Source: Monocercomonoides exilis PA203
Lineage: Eukaryota > Protista > Preaxostyla
NCBI GenBank assembly: GCA_001643675.2
Contig: LSRY02000049.1
Span: 372,001-436,000, forward strand
DNA length: 64,000 nucleotides
Reading direction: 5' to 3'
Shown here piece after piece: positions 1 to 12,426 of this stretch. Each line of letters opens with the position of its first letter. Position 1 is the first letter of the stretch. The notes under the pieces were generated by a model. It had not been told where the DNA came from and did not search any database. It saw only the letters and a list, made by a program, of their open reading frames with translations. Made by a program: the position numbers and the translations under genes.

Positions 1-2833
1 CTGTTGTTGCATCTGCTGTAGCTGCTGCATCTGGTGTGTCTGCTGTGAATGCGAAAGAGAAGTGATATTGTGTGAGTGCTGCTTCTGCTGGAAGAAGCTC
101 TGGAATTCAGAGGGAGACGAAGGCTGTGGTGAGTGCAAGTACAGCAAGGATTGCGTGTCTTCGTCGATTGGATTCATTCCTCGTGGCGATGGTGATTCTG
201 CTGATTGAGAGGAAGAAATGGAAGAAGATGTCTTCATTGAGTCAAAGGAAGAGAAGTCGTCGAAGGAGGAAGCGAGGCGAGGCAAGCGTGGCGGCACTGG
301 ACTGGCACGGTGCAATACATTTGAGTCGAAGGAGCCTTGATAAGAGGATGAAATAGAAGGTTCTGTGTATGATTTTATAGAAGAAGAAGAAGAAGAAGAA
401 GAGGAGGAGGAGGAGGAAGTAGGAGAGGAGGAAGAAGAAGCAGAGAACGAAAGAGGAGTCGAATCTGACACACGCATCTCAGAAGCAATGGATGATGCTG
501 TGTCTATCCCAGTCTGAGGCACATGGAATATGGATGAATCAGCAGAAGTCGCTGGATGCAACTGATGAGAGCCGGAAAGAGAAGGAGAGTGAGAAAACTG
601 ATAAGACAAGTTGGATGCAGTGGAAGGAGGCATTGCAGGAGAATGAGGGGGAGAAGGGGAAGGGGAAGGGGAAGGAGAAGGTGAAGACGAGGAAGAAGAA
701 GGAGAATGCAAACTTGTGCGTGAATTCGAAGGAGATTGCGCTTCATCCTTTGAATACAAAGCAGAAGCAGAGGAAGAGCCATTCATAGAAGAAGAAGAAG
801 AAGGAGGAGGAGGAGGTGAGCGATGTGAGTCAATGGCAGAGTAATAAGGAGACATAGCAGGAGGCGAGCGGAATCCGGGGTGTATGTTTGCTTGTAGCTG
901 AAAGGGCGCTTGAGAAGAGAAGGAAGAGAGTGAGACAGTCTCTGCTGTCACATCTGCTGCCTGGCTGCCTTCACTCAGCTCAGTCATCACACTATATGAG
1001 CTCTGAATATCTGGCTCGATTTGTTCAATGGAAGTGCTTGTGTGTTTTTTGTGGGATTTCTTCTTCTTCTTTGAGCGGGCGAGCTTGCCTTCTGCTGCTG
1101 CTCCATCATTATTCACTTTCTCTGACTTCTGCTTCTGCTTTTGTTTCTTCTTCTTTCTCTTCTTTTTCTTTGTTGTTGTCAATGTATTTATCTTTTCCTT
1201 CGGTGTTTCAAACTGTGTTATCCTACCAAATTCAATATTCTTCTCACTCTCAATAGAACTCAAAGAAGAAGCAGAAGAAGCAGAAGCAGCCACCTCATCA
1301 CCTCCTGCCTCTTTCTCTGAAGGCTCATGCAATGTTCCCAGCGTAGACTGATCTGATAGTGTTGCAGATGTGTTGGCCTTAGCTACACTTGCTTCTTCTT
1401 CATCTTCCACCTTTTCATCTTCGTCGTCCTCTCCTTCTTCTTCCTCACCGTCCTCTTCCTCTTCTCCCTCTTCTTCGCTCTCTTCTTCATATGACTCATC
1501 ACCTTCTTCTTCTTCATCTTCCATGCTTTCATATTCATCCTCGCTTTCTTCACCTGCTGCTCCTCTTTCGTTGTCAGATCCATCTTCAGATTCATCGTCA
1601 TAAGCCTTCACATTCATAAGCGATTCTTTCCCTTCTCCTTTCACCTCACTCGAATGCTGATAACTTGATTGGCTTTGCTTCTCAACTCCGCTGGTATTAA
1701 TCTCTGTATTATTATTATTATTGTTATTACTTTGTTCTGTTTGAGATAAAATGGATGTCTGAAGAACAGAAGGAGGCTCCTGTGAAGATGCTGCGATAGA
1801 CGAGACATCAGCAGAAGCTCCTGTGCAAAATGACGAGTGAGAAAGAGCTGCATCATTTGGCAGTCCAACTGGAGCAGATGGAGTCAAAGAACCTGAAGAC
1901 AGGGCTCCTACTGAAGGTGGTGTGATAACAAATGATGAAGAGTCATTGTAATGAGAAGAAGAAGATGATGATGGTGAAGGATGAGAAAGTGTGTTGAAAG
2001 AAGAAAAAAGAAGGTTCTGCTGGCGATTCGGGAGTGTTGGTGACATTAAATATGGCATCTCCATCAATGGAGATGGTGGTCTGCTTTGCAATTGCAGTTT
2101 CTTTTGAAGCTTTTTTTGGAGTTTTGCTTCTTTATTGATCTGTTTATAATGCTTTGCCATTTCAGTATGGACGTAAACTAAAAATACCAGCAACTCTTCA
2201 TCTGGAAGAGGCGCCACTCCTTTAGCATTTATTTCACCCACCATTTTCGTGTGAACAAGAAGATATGCATGAGAAAAATTTGGAAAAGCTTCCGGAAAAT
2301 TCTTAAACGGATCCTCAACAAAAGAAATGCGATGTCGCTCAATCGCCTGAACAAGAAACGCTGGTTCTGTAAATAGAAGAGTTGTATACGATGTAATCAA
2401 ATCATCGATCATTTTCTGCAGAGTTGAAAAGATATCAACAGTACTGATGAAGAAAATAATATAAATTAGAAAGCAAAAATTACATTAACTTCAACAAATA
2501 CATAAATTTGGAAGCAAACTATTGATTGTAATTGGGTTTAGGACCCAAAACAAACAGTACAACGTGCTTAAGCATTTCAACTTGAAGATTAAGATGTGGT
2601 ATTGAAGTTTCGTTGTCCGAGCCAGCCATAAAAAAGAAGTTTTCTGTTGAAAGGAAATGACATTTCCATTTGCCGAAAGTCATCTCTTTTATACCTCCGA
2701 GAGGGTCATCTTGAAGAACCATTTGAGCAATTTGAAGAACGTCGGTAATAACTGATAACTTTGGGTTATTCAAATATATTTGTTTTTGCTGATCGCCAAG
2801 ACATAGGTATGTTGTAATAGGATCTTTTGGCAT
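1..2833 (-). CDS. HPS1: HPS1-like (Mon1/HPS1/Fuzzy family) longin-domain protein with long Ser/Glu-rich region; 3' end runs off the window
   Basis: ATG at 2833. Intron 2444-2519 (GT..AG) joins ...NYNQY-TVDIF. Translation gives SYTTLLFTEPAFLVQAIER and HAYLLVHTKMV, resembling HPS1 TYSRLREQEQCFAVEALER and HAFLLVHSKLL. The frame stays open to position 1. Confidence 0.65.
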
Positions 2834-3056
2834 CAAACTCTTGGCGAGAAATCAAGATGAAAAGAAAAATGGAAAAACGAGTAAAGTTATGGTTATTCTT
2901 TGATCAAAAACATTGAAAACATTGAATTCATACAAAAGTGAAATACTTTAATCATATCACATATCATTATTAATTACAAAGCAAAGCATGAGATGATAAA
3001 AACAGAAAAATCGATAATTTTTTACACCAAAGCTGATAAAATAATTGTAATTTTTT

Positions 3057-6000
3057 CTAGTAATTTTTCTTTGGAGAGGAAGTTGTTCTTGGAAGAAGTG
3101 AGCGAGTAGATCTAGCAGAAGGTGATGAATATGAAGAAGACTGAGAAGAATTTGACAAAGGTGAGGAGGAATTTTTGGAAGTGAAAAAGGACGAAAGAGG
3201 AGAAGTGGAAGGCATGTCAGTCTCTGAGCGAGGGGTGGGCTTGATGATTGAGTCGAGCGGAGTCAGCTGGGCTCCGTCTGACTCGTCGAGCGACTTCGAC
3301 CGGAAAGAACTGAATAGCTCTTCCTCTTTCGTGGGTGCCGGCTGCTGCCGCGGCGGTGACTGCGATTGAACCAGCTTCTCTCTTTCTCTCTCCTTTTCTG
3401 CAAGTTTCCTCTTCTCTCGCTCTCTTTCAAGCTCTTTCTGTCTTTCCATTTCCATCCGTTTTGCTTCCTCTTCCTCTTCCCTTTGCCTCCTTTTCGCTTC
3501 CTCCGAATCTCCGAACATCTTCAGCGCTGAGCTCAACGAGTCAATATCTCTTTTCAATCGATTGACCACACTAATATCTGCTTTCTCCTTCAGCTTCTCA
3601 GCAACCTCAGCTCTATCTGCTTTGCCGGCAATAACTCCGCTCTGATCAATAGGAACAGTCGCTGCCACGTCGTGCAGCTCCACTTTGTCTGCTTTCAATG
3701 CCAGTTTGGAGTCCGTTTCTCTGCCAAGTGTCTGAAGATCGTTGTGGTTGTTTTGCACAGCCGATGAAACAGACAGAAGTAATTGTGAGTTATTGCTAAC
3801 ATCTCCCTCTAATTGTGCGTGCTGCTCTTCAAGCTTGCTTATCCTGTGTTCGTGCTCGCCAATTATATTCTGCTGCTTTTGGGTGATTTCGTTCATACCT
3901 ACAAGCGAAGTCTCCAATGCTGCAACAGTTCCTTTTGTCGTGTCTTCTTGTTCTCTGTGCTTTTCTTCTGCTTCTTTAATAGCTTCGTCCATCTCCTGCA
4001 CAATCGAAGATATTTCTGACAGTTCATGTGCTATGCTCTTCTTTATCTGGCCAAGCTCATTCTCCATGTTGGAATCTCTGGCTGCTGATTGCTCAAATCC
4101 ATTTGCTGTGTTACGATGCTGCTCCATCAACGCGGAAGACAAAGTGACTGCATCTTTTGAAAGTGCTTGGATGATTTTAGACATTGATCGCATCGAAGTT
4201 GGATTGCCGCTTTGTTCAAGTGAACGAATAAGCGATGGAGCAACAAGGGCTGGCGAAACAGCAGCGTCTGATGATGATGATGATGATGAGGAGGAGGAGG
4301 AGGAAGGTTGATATGATGAGCCATATAGAGGCTTTGATGTTGTTTGAGGATAAGCCGATGACGACGACGAAGAAGAAGAAGGAGCAGAAGACATTTGCGG
4401 TTGCGAGGAAGTGGATCGGTCAAACAACATTGACGCTGATGAAGGAGTTGCGAACTGTGGATCTAATTCTTCAAACTCTTCGCTTTCTCTTCCTTCAACA
4501 ATCATCAGCGTCTCTTTTGCCTTTTTCATCATCTCTTCTCTGAGTTCTTCATCTTTTTCATTCAACGCTTTCTTCAGCTCTTCTGCCACTTCATCAACAT
4601 AGTTCTTCACATCTCCCGTGCCCGCTCTCAGTTCATTCACAACATTCTGCACCTCCAATTTAAATGTATCCATCTTACCCACTTCTTCAGAACATTCGTT
4701 GAGCCTTTGCTTCTCCTTCTCACTTTCGTCCATCATTTTCTCGAATTCTCGTCCAAGTCTTTGCAATCTGTCTGAAATGGTTGAAAGATCCTGAGCAATC
4801 TCCATCTTCAGCTCGTCCTGCTTGCTGCCAAACAGCTCAGTCATCGACGCCTTCGCATCATTCACCATCTGCTGGGACGACTCAAGGCACTCCCGCGTTG
4901 ACTGCTTCATCACATTGATAGCCTCAGCCTGCTTCTCTGCTGACTGCTTCTGCGCCTTTTCGAGCATTGCCCCGAGCTCAGTGGTGCGCTGGAACTGCTG
5001 CTCGATCTCTTCGCGCGCTTTTGCAACTTCAGCTGAGTGCAGCATCACATTCTCGTTCACAGACCGAAGATTGGAGCTAACATCTTCATTCACTTTGTCA
5101 AGTGCCATTTTTGCAGATGCAACTTCTCGTCTGACAAGTTCCATCTCTTCTTTCCTTTCTTTGAGCGCATCACGATGCGCTGCATGAAGTGTGGTGTATG
5201 CTGTTATTGCGTCTTCTGCCTTGTCCATCCGCTGCTTTGTGAGGAACACTTCTGAATCCTGCTCTCTCAAGCGCCTCTGATCTTCCTTCACCTCTTCCTT
5301 CAGCTTCTGCACATCACGTGCAACATCACTGCTCTTCTCAGCCTCATCTTCGACCATTCGTTTCAGCTCTTCAACAGTAGTCGTCTCTTCCTCAATCTTT
5401 CGCTGCAGTCTGTTCAGATCCTTTTGCGTTCCTTTCGTTTTCACATCAATCTCCAAACGCTGCACGGCATCATCAACACGAGGCTTGAATTGTTCAAATT
5501 CCTTCATTTTGATCTTCAGCACTTCCACGTCGTGGAACAGCTGCACACTCGGCGAGTACTCAGCCTCTTGGCTGGCACCCAGTCTTGAAGGTGAAGGTGA
5601 TGCTGTCTGATACAGACGAGAAGGAGAAGTGCTTGACATTCGTGTCTTTTCTTTGGTGCTCATGCCTTCGTCAATACCAATATCGTCATCGCTGCTCAAT
5701 CCTTTGCTGCTTTGAAGTCTTCCTCTTCGAAGAGACGCCTTAGGAATCTGGCTCTGGTTCATTGTCTGCTGCAGCATATCAGTCGCTTTCAATGTGTCGC
5801 TCAGGACTGCGTCTTGTTCTTTCAATACTTCTTCAACATTCAGCACTCTTTCAGCAAGTATATTCAGCATTTCTGAATCGGTATTCGACCGATGTGCTCT
5901 CTCTTCATCGCTCATTGCCTCCTGAAGCCCTACCAATGCCATTCCTTGCATCTTCAGCTCACTCTTCACATCTTCTAATTGTTGGCTTGCCTGGTTGGCC

Positions 6001-6946
6001 GCTGAATGTGCAGTGATAATTTGCTCTTCACATGAACGAAGTGCTTCTGTATGCCTTCTGATGACATCACTCATGGATTGCGATTGTTGCCCTCTTTCTC
6101 CGAGTACGAAAGTTTCAAATTCAGTCCTTGGCACATATTTTGAAAGCGTTTCTTTCAATTTCTTCACATCTTCAATACCAGCTTTTTTGCTAAGAGTTTC
6201 TCGGATTTCAGAAAAATCTTCATGGCTGGGCAATTGATCTAAATCTGCTCTGTTTGCCTTAAATGCAAGGGAGTCTCTAAGCTGTTCAAGAGATGCTTTT
6301 GAAGCTACTTGCTCAGAAAGACTTGAAACAATTTCTCGAAGTGTTACTAAATCCTATATCAAAAAAGATGATAAATCATAATAGTAATTTGAAAAAATCA
6401 TAATAATGTCAAACTGCAATATCCTTTTCCTCCAACTTAGAATCCAGCACAAAAACAATGTCTCGAATTCCAGATTCAATTTCAGCCATACGCGTTTCAA
6501 AATTTGTTTGTGAATTTATTAGTTGGCTAAGATGAGGATCTCGAGAGAAATTTGGTGTTGAAATTGGCGAATTAGTAACTTTAGACTAAAATGCATTGCA
6601 AAAATTTTTTATAGAAATCAATCTGAGAAATAAATAACAATTTTTTCAAATACCTGAATTAACAGTTCTGTAAGCTTGGAATCAACATCTGTTTTCATTT
6701 TTTTCAAATCAGTTTGAAGCTATAATAATAATAAGTAAAATAAAAATATATTATCATTCAATAAATGCACACCATTTCGATTTGAAGATCTTTTGATGCA
6801 ACTTGTTGTTCCAGCTTTCTAATGGATGATTCTTGCTTTTCTATAGTCTGAACAATTTTTGGTAATATATCTTGAAGCACTGATGGTAAAAGTTTCCATT
6901 CTGATGTTGCTGGCTTGACAAAACTGCTAAGGGACGTTTCGAACAT
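3057..6946 (-). CDS. Large coiled-coil protein (>1100 aa), multi-exon, function unknown
   Basis: 1058-aa ORF 3057-6233 is heptad-rich with repeated KAD/KAN motifs. Short upstream exons (MFETSLSSFVKP..., first intron 6720-6772) are separated by AT-rich GT-AG introns. Confidence 0.75.
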
Positions 6947-7031
6947 TGTCAAGGATAAACTAAGGGTTATTTCTCTGATCACTTTTACCGTCATTTATTT
7001 TTATTTTATAATAGTTGCCAATTAATAGATT
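6947..7031. promoter_or_regulatory. Very short head-to-head intergenic region (putative bidirectional promoter)
   Basis: 85 bp between divergent ATGs at 6946 (-) and 7032 (+). Confidence 0.4.
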
Positions 7032-10000
7032 ATGTGGCCCTTTGATAATATAAATTGGGATGACCTACTTTCATTTCTCGATCCTAACAACATCAAAGGG
7101 GCTCTTTTATGGTGCAGTTTATCTCTATATATCATGTATTCAGTGATCTTTGACAAATCATTTCCTTTGCGCACTTTACCATCTGTCGGAGAACTACATA
7201 CACTTCTAACACCTTATTCTCTTCCTCCTGCGAGAAAGCTTACGTTGCAGGATGTATCAATTGGACTAAAGAATGACAAATATCAAAATATTGTTGTTCT
7301 CATGGGAGCGGGTTTACAGATTATTTTTTAAATATTTGTAAATTATTTTTGTTATACCTTCTAAACCCACATATATTCCGACACTTTCTGTTTTTTTTAC
7401 ATTTTTTAATTTGTTGTCGTTCTTTAGGAGTCTCATCATCAATGCTTCCTGATTTTCGCTCCCCTAAAACTGGTCTGTTTGATCAAATTGCAAGGGACCA
7501 TCTTCCACTTTTAACAGATCTACCAAATCCATACGCAATTTTTGATTTACGGTTTGTCATATTCGAATATTGATTTTTTAAAAAATAAAATTTATAATAA
7601 TTTATACAGTTATTTTTTGCAGAATCCGCTTCCATTTTTTGCATGTCTCCGGAAATACTTTGATCCAACGCCCCATCAGCCAACTTACACACATCAAGTT
7701 CTTAAACTACTTTCGGACCGAGGTGTAGTTCGACGAATTTATACACAAAATGCTGATGGACTTGAAAGGGCAGCTGGTATTCCAGAAGACAAAGTTGTTG
7801 AAGTTCATGGTTCCCTCAGAATGGCAACGTGCACAAACGAAGCGTGCAAGCATCAAATGAGAGGCGATGCTGTGATGAAGGAGGTTATGAGAGGCAGAGT
7901 GCCTCATTGCGAGAAATGTGGAAGAAAAAGAAAGAGGAGAACAAACAAGGAAAACAACAAAAATGAAAAAGAAGATCATAAATTTTTATTGAAAGAAAGA
8001 GAAAATGATAAAAATTTGGTTTATTCTGAATGCTTGTATGAAGAGAAAGACAGTGAAGCAAGTTCGATGGATGGCAACAGCGAGCCAATGAAAAGAAAAA
8101 ATCTAACAGAAAATTCCGAAGCAAACACTTTTGTTTTGTCACCCGAACAAGTACAAAAAATAAGTGAATTGGATTTTTTGCAGAATAAGAAGATGAAATC
8201 AAATAGTCCTGTTATAACGAGTAATGATGGCAAAGACGGCAAAGATGAGGTGAAGCAGGAATACGACAACGAAAAATCATCCATTGGGTCAAATTCACCA
8301 GCCTCGCCCACATTTTCCACGTGTTCCGACTCAGACAGCGACGAAGACAACGAATACACGCCAGAAGAGGCCGAAAGGGTGGAGAGGATCATTGCTGAGG
8401 ATGGGATCATTGACGAAGGAGAAGGAGGGATTATGAAGCCAGACATCGTCTTCTTTGGAGAGTCCATCAACCAGCGGTGCCTGCAGCTGTATGAGGAAGA
8501 TCTGAGATCATGCGACTTGCTGTTTATTTTGGGAACTTCTCTGAAGGTATGGATAAGCTTCTTAGTATAAGTTGATAAAGTTTCTTTTATCGTTTTTTTT
8601 TTTTTTTCCTTTTTTCTTCGATTTCTTTAAAATCCTTTTATTTAACATTATTTGATTTATCTGTTGTTCAATTAATTCTGTTGTTTGATAATTATTTTAA
8701 TTTCAGGTATACCCGTTCAACACATTTCCTGCTCTTGTTCCAGCAGGAACGCCCCGTCTGATTATCAACCGCGAAGAGCTTCCTCTTTTGGAAGCGCAAA
8801 ACAAGGAAGATGATGAAATTCCATCGTTGTTTGGCGGTGGAGACGAAGTTGAGGCAGCAGACGAGGAAGAAAACGATGAACTGGAGGCGATTCTGGATGA
8901 TGTGGATTGCCTAAGAGGTTCAGGGTGTGGCAGCTGTTCGAGCGATGAGGAGGAGTATGAGGATGAGGAGATGGACACAGGAAGCTCAGACACAGAGGAA
9001 GAAGAGAGCAATGATGGGGTTACTGTTGGAAGAGAAGGAAATTCAAAGGCAAAAGATGCATCGTTGTATGGATATTCGTATTCAGCAGGGCTGAGAGGAG
9101 GAGAAGAGAAGCAGCAACAGCAACAGCAGCAGAAGCAGCCGATGAGTGCGTATGAGCAGATGCAGCGATTGGCTATTCAAGGGGGCAATCCTTATGGCAA
9201 AGAAGAGAACAAAGAAGGGAAAGGAAGATTTAGAAGAATAAAGAAGCTGAAGAGGCTGAGGAAGAAAGTGAGGAACGAGAATGGGGTGTTTGAGGAAGGG
9301 TGGATTGTGGATGATTATCTGAGTGATGATGATGAAGATGATGAAGATGAGAGTGAAGAAAGCGAAGAGACAGAAAGTGAGACAGAAACAGAGGGAAGTC
9401 GTTTGTTGTTCTCACATGAGGGATATCTGAAAGAAAGGATGGGGAAAGAGAGAGAAAGAGAAAGAGAAAGGGAGAATGTTAAATATCCAAATGGAGATAT
9501 TGCTCAAAAGTACATAGAGATTGATCCATCATGTTCTGATGAACTGAAAAAGGGTAGCAGCAGTTTTGTGCTTGTGAAGTCAACTTCTTATCAATCACCA
9601 AAACATTCACCTTCTTCCTCTTCCTCTTCATCTGCTTCTGCCTCCTCCTCCTCCTCTTCTTCTTCTTCTTCTTCTTCTTCTTCTTCTTCTTCCTCTTCCT
9701 CTTCCTCTCCTTCATCCACCAATAAAAGCACCATTGTCTATACACATCACTCGTCCTCTGTTCCTCCTTCCTCTTCTTCTGCCTCTGTCTATCTGCGCCA
9801 TCGCACTTCACTCTCACCTGCACTCCCCCCTTATTCATGTCACAGCACACCACCTTATCTGCCTTCATCATCATCTTCTTCTTCCTCCTCTTCTTCTTCT
9901 CCTTCATTTCATTCATCTTTGATGCAATCTTCATCACCTCACATGAATTCTCCTTCTTCTTCTCTATTTGCTTCTCATCCACATGGAGTGAAGCCAAGCA

Positions 10001-12149
10001 CTTCATCATCATCGTCTTCGTCTTCTTCTTCTTCAATATATTCCTCTCTTCCATATCAATCCTCCTCCTCTCCCTCCTCTCCCTTCTCTTCATCCTTCCC
10101 CCATTCCTATTCCCCCTCCACCTCCACCCTCACCCACCGCGCAGCCAAAGCGCTGCGAGCTAAACGCCGTTTGGAGCGCCGGCAGCGTCGTGTGGCGCTG
10201 GCAGAGGCCGAACGAGAGGCCGATGAGAAGTTGGAGGCGGTGATGAAGAAAGTGGATGATGAAGGCGTGATGAGTGTGCTGGTGGATGAGCTGGGGCTGG
10301 ATTTCAAGAGGAGGTTCAGTGCAGACTCGTTCAATTCGCTCTACACGTTTTTTGGGCTGCTGAAGAGGAAGACGATGGAGAAAGGGTCGGAGATGGCGGG
10401 GAAGGTGATGAAGAAGATGGGGATGAATGCGAATGAGAGAGAGGGAGAAGGAGAAGGAGAAGGAGAAGAGGAAGAAGAAGATATAGATCCATCGAATTCA
10501 GATGATTATGAAGACACGCTTGATGAGGAAGAGAGAGAAAGGAGATGGAATGCGAAAGTGGCAGCCGCAAAGAGAAAACTGAGCGAGAAAGAATTCAAAA
10601 AATGGATGAAGAAAGCAGAGAGCGAGAAGAAGAAGAAAGAGGCACAGAGGAAGAAGAGGGAAGAGGCAGAGAGGAAGAAAGCGGAGAAAGAGAAGCAAAG
10701 GATGCTGAAGCAGATGATGAAAGAGCAGAAACTGAGGGAAGAGCAGATGAAGAAGGAGAGAGAGAGGGAAGAGAAGGAGAGGAGGATGATTGAGAAGCAG
10801 GAGAAGGAAAGGAAGGAAAGGGAAAGGAAAGCAGAGGAGGCGATGAAGAAGAGCTTGGAGAAGAAGAAAGAGGAAGAAAAGAAGAGGAAAGAGAAAGAAG
10901 AGAAAGAAGCAGCAGAGAAGAGGAAGAAAGAGGAAGAGAGAGTTCAGAAGGAGAGGGAGAAAGAGGAGAAGCTGAAGAAGGAGAAAGAAGAGAAAGAGAG
11001 GAAAGAAAACGAGAAGAGAGAAAGAGAAGAGCAGAAGCAGAAGCAGAAAGAGATGGAGAAAGCGAATGCGATGAGAAAGAAAGCAGAGGAGAGAGAAAGA
11101 GAACTGATGGAGTGTGCAGAGAAGGAGCAGATGTTGTTTGAGAAGGAGAGGAAGAGAAGAGAGGAAGAAGGGAAGGAAAGAGAAGGAAGAGAAAGAGAAG
11201 GAAAAGAAAAGAAAGAAAAGAAAGAAAAGAAAGAGGAAAAGGAAGAGAAAGAGGAGAAAGAAAGAAAAGGAGAAAGGAAAGGAGAGGAAGAGGAAACAAT
11301 TATGCAGAAGAAGGAGAAAGAAGAGAAGGAGAAGAAAGAAAAAGAAGAGAAAGAAAGGTTGAAGGCGGAGTTGAAGCTGAAGAAGGAGAAGGAGAAAGAA
11401 GAAGAAAGAATTCGAAAGGAGCAATTGAATGACGAGAAGACGAAAGAGAAAGAGAGGAAAGCGAAAGAGAAGCAAGAGAGGAAGATGAAAGAGGAGAAAG
11501 AGAAAGAAGAAAGAGAGAAGATAAAGAGAGAAAAAGAAGAGAAGGCGAAGGAGGAGAAAGAGAGGAAGAAGAGAGAGAAAGAAGAGAGGCAGCTGATGAC
11601 GCAGGCAGAAATCGAGCAGATGCAGATGATGAAGAAAGCAGAGAGGAAGGAGAAAGAGAGGAAAGAAAGGGAAGCGAAGAAGAAGGAAGGGAAGGCGAAG
11701 AAGGAGAGGGAAGAGAGAGAGAAGAAAGAGACAGAGATGATGGAGAGCTTTGACATGGTGCTGATAATCAAGCTGAGGGAGGAAGAGAAGATGAAAAGGG
11801 CGGAGGAAAGAGAGAGAAGGAGAAGAGAGAGAAAGAAGGAGAAAGAAGAAAGAAGACAATTGAAAATCCAACAGAGGCAGATGATGAAGAGAAAGAACGG
11901 ACCAAAGGGAGGTTTGTAATTGGTGCATTAAATTATGTTTAATTTAATTATTTAATTATTTATTTTTCCTTCTCTTTCTTTCTTATTTATTATCCATTTT
12001 ATTCTTTCTTAATAGGCGATCGTGATGTATTCCTTAAGACCGACTGTGATATTGGCATGAAGCAGCTGATTGAGCTGACTGGCTGGGACTTCAAACCAAA
12101 AGCAATCCATCCATCTTCTTCTTCTTTTATTAGCAGCATTCCGCCTTGA
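7032..12149 (+). CDS. SIRT2: NAD-dependent deacetylase, SIRT2/Hst2-like sirtuin, ~1559 aa with two large internal insertions
   Basis: Exons 7032-7311, 7428-7551, 7610-8546, 8707-11911 and 12016-12149 total 4680 nt in frame. Motifs: GAGVS, PDFRS, YTQNADGLE, VHGS, CTNEAC/CEKC zinc site, KPDIVFFGE, GTSLKVYPF, INRE, and final exon RDVFLKTDCDIGMKQLIELTGW. Confidence 0.9.
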
Positions 12150-12393
12150 ACACTCGAAATAACATGTTTTGTCGTTTTGCTCCTGTTGTTGCACATTTAA
12201 TGCTTTTCAAAGAATTTTTAAAAACTGGAGAATCAATTTCTATTTGGAAATGAAGATGCACCATGAAGATCGTTTTCAGTTCTTCCTTTTTCCTTTTTTA
12301 TATTTTGGTATTTTGTCACGTTGTTCAAGTGAATAGGAAAAGCATTTTTATATCTATGCAATCACTTCATTGGATATAATCATTTTTTTATTG

Positions 12394-12394
12394 G

Positions 12395-12425
<31 letters not shown>

Positions 12426-12426
12426 G
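12394..12426. repeat. (GTTTT)n microsatellite
   Basis: About six tandem GTTTT units. Confidence 0.7.

Noticed and set aside
72-1868. Many short ORFs on both strands
   Set aside because: They are shadows or off-frame readings of the single open minus-strand HPS1-like frame, which runs off the window.
8788-11919. 1043-aa ORF as a standalone gene or a simple C-terminal tail
   Set aside because: It is in frame with sirtuin exon 4 and is followed by a spliced exon carrying the conserved end of the sirtuin domain.
10498-11928. Long minus-strand ORFs of 476, 275 and 234 aa
   Set aside because: They are antisense shadows of the purine-rich E/K/R tract of the sirtuin and translate to poly-L/F/S.
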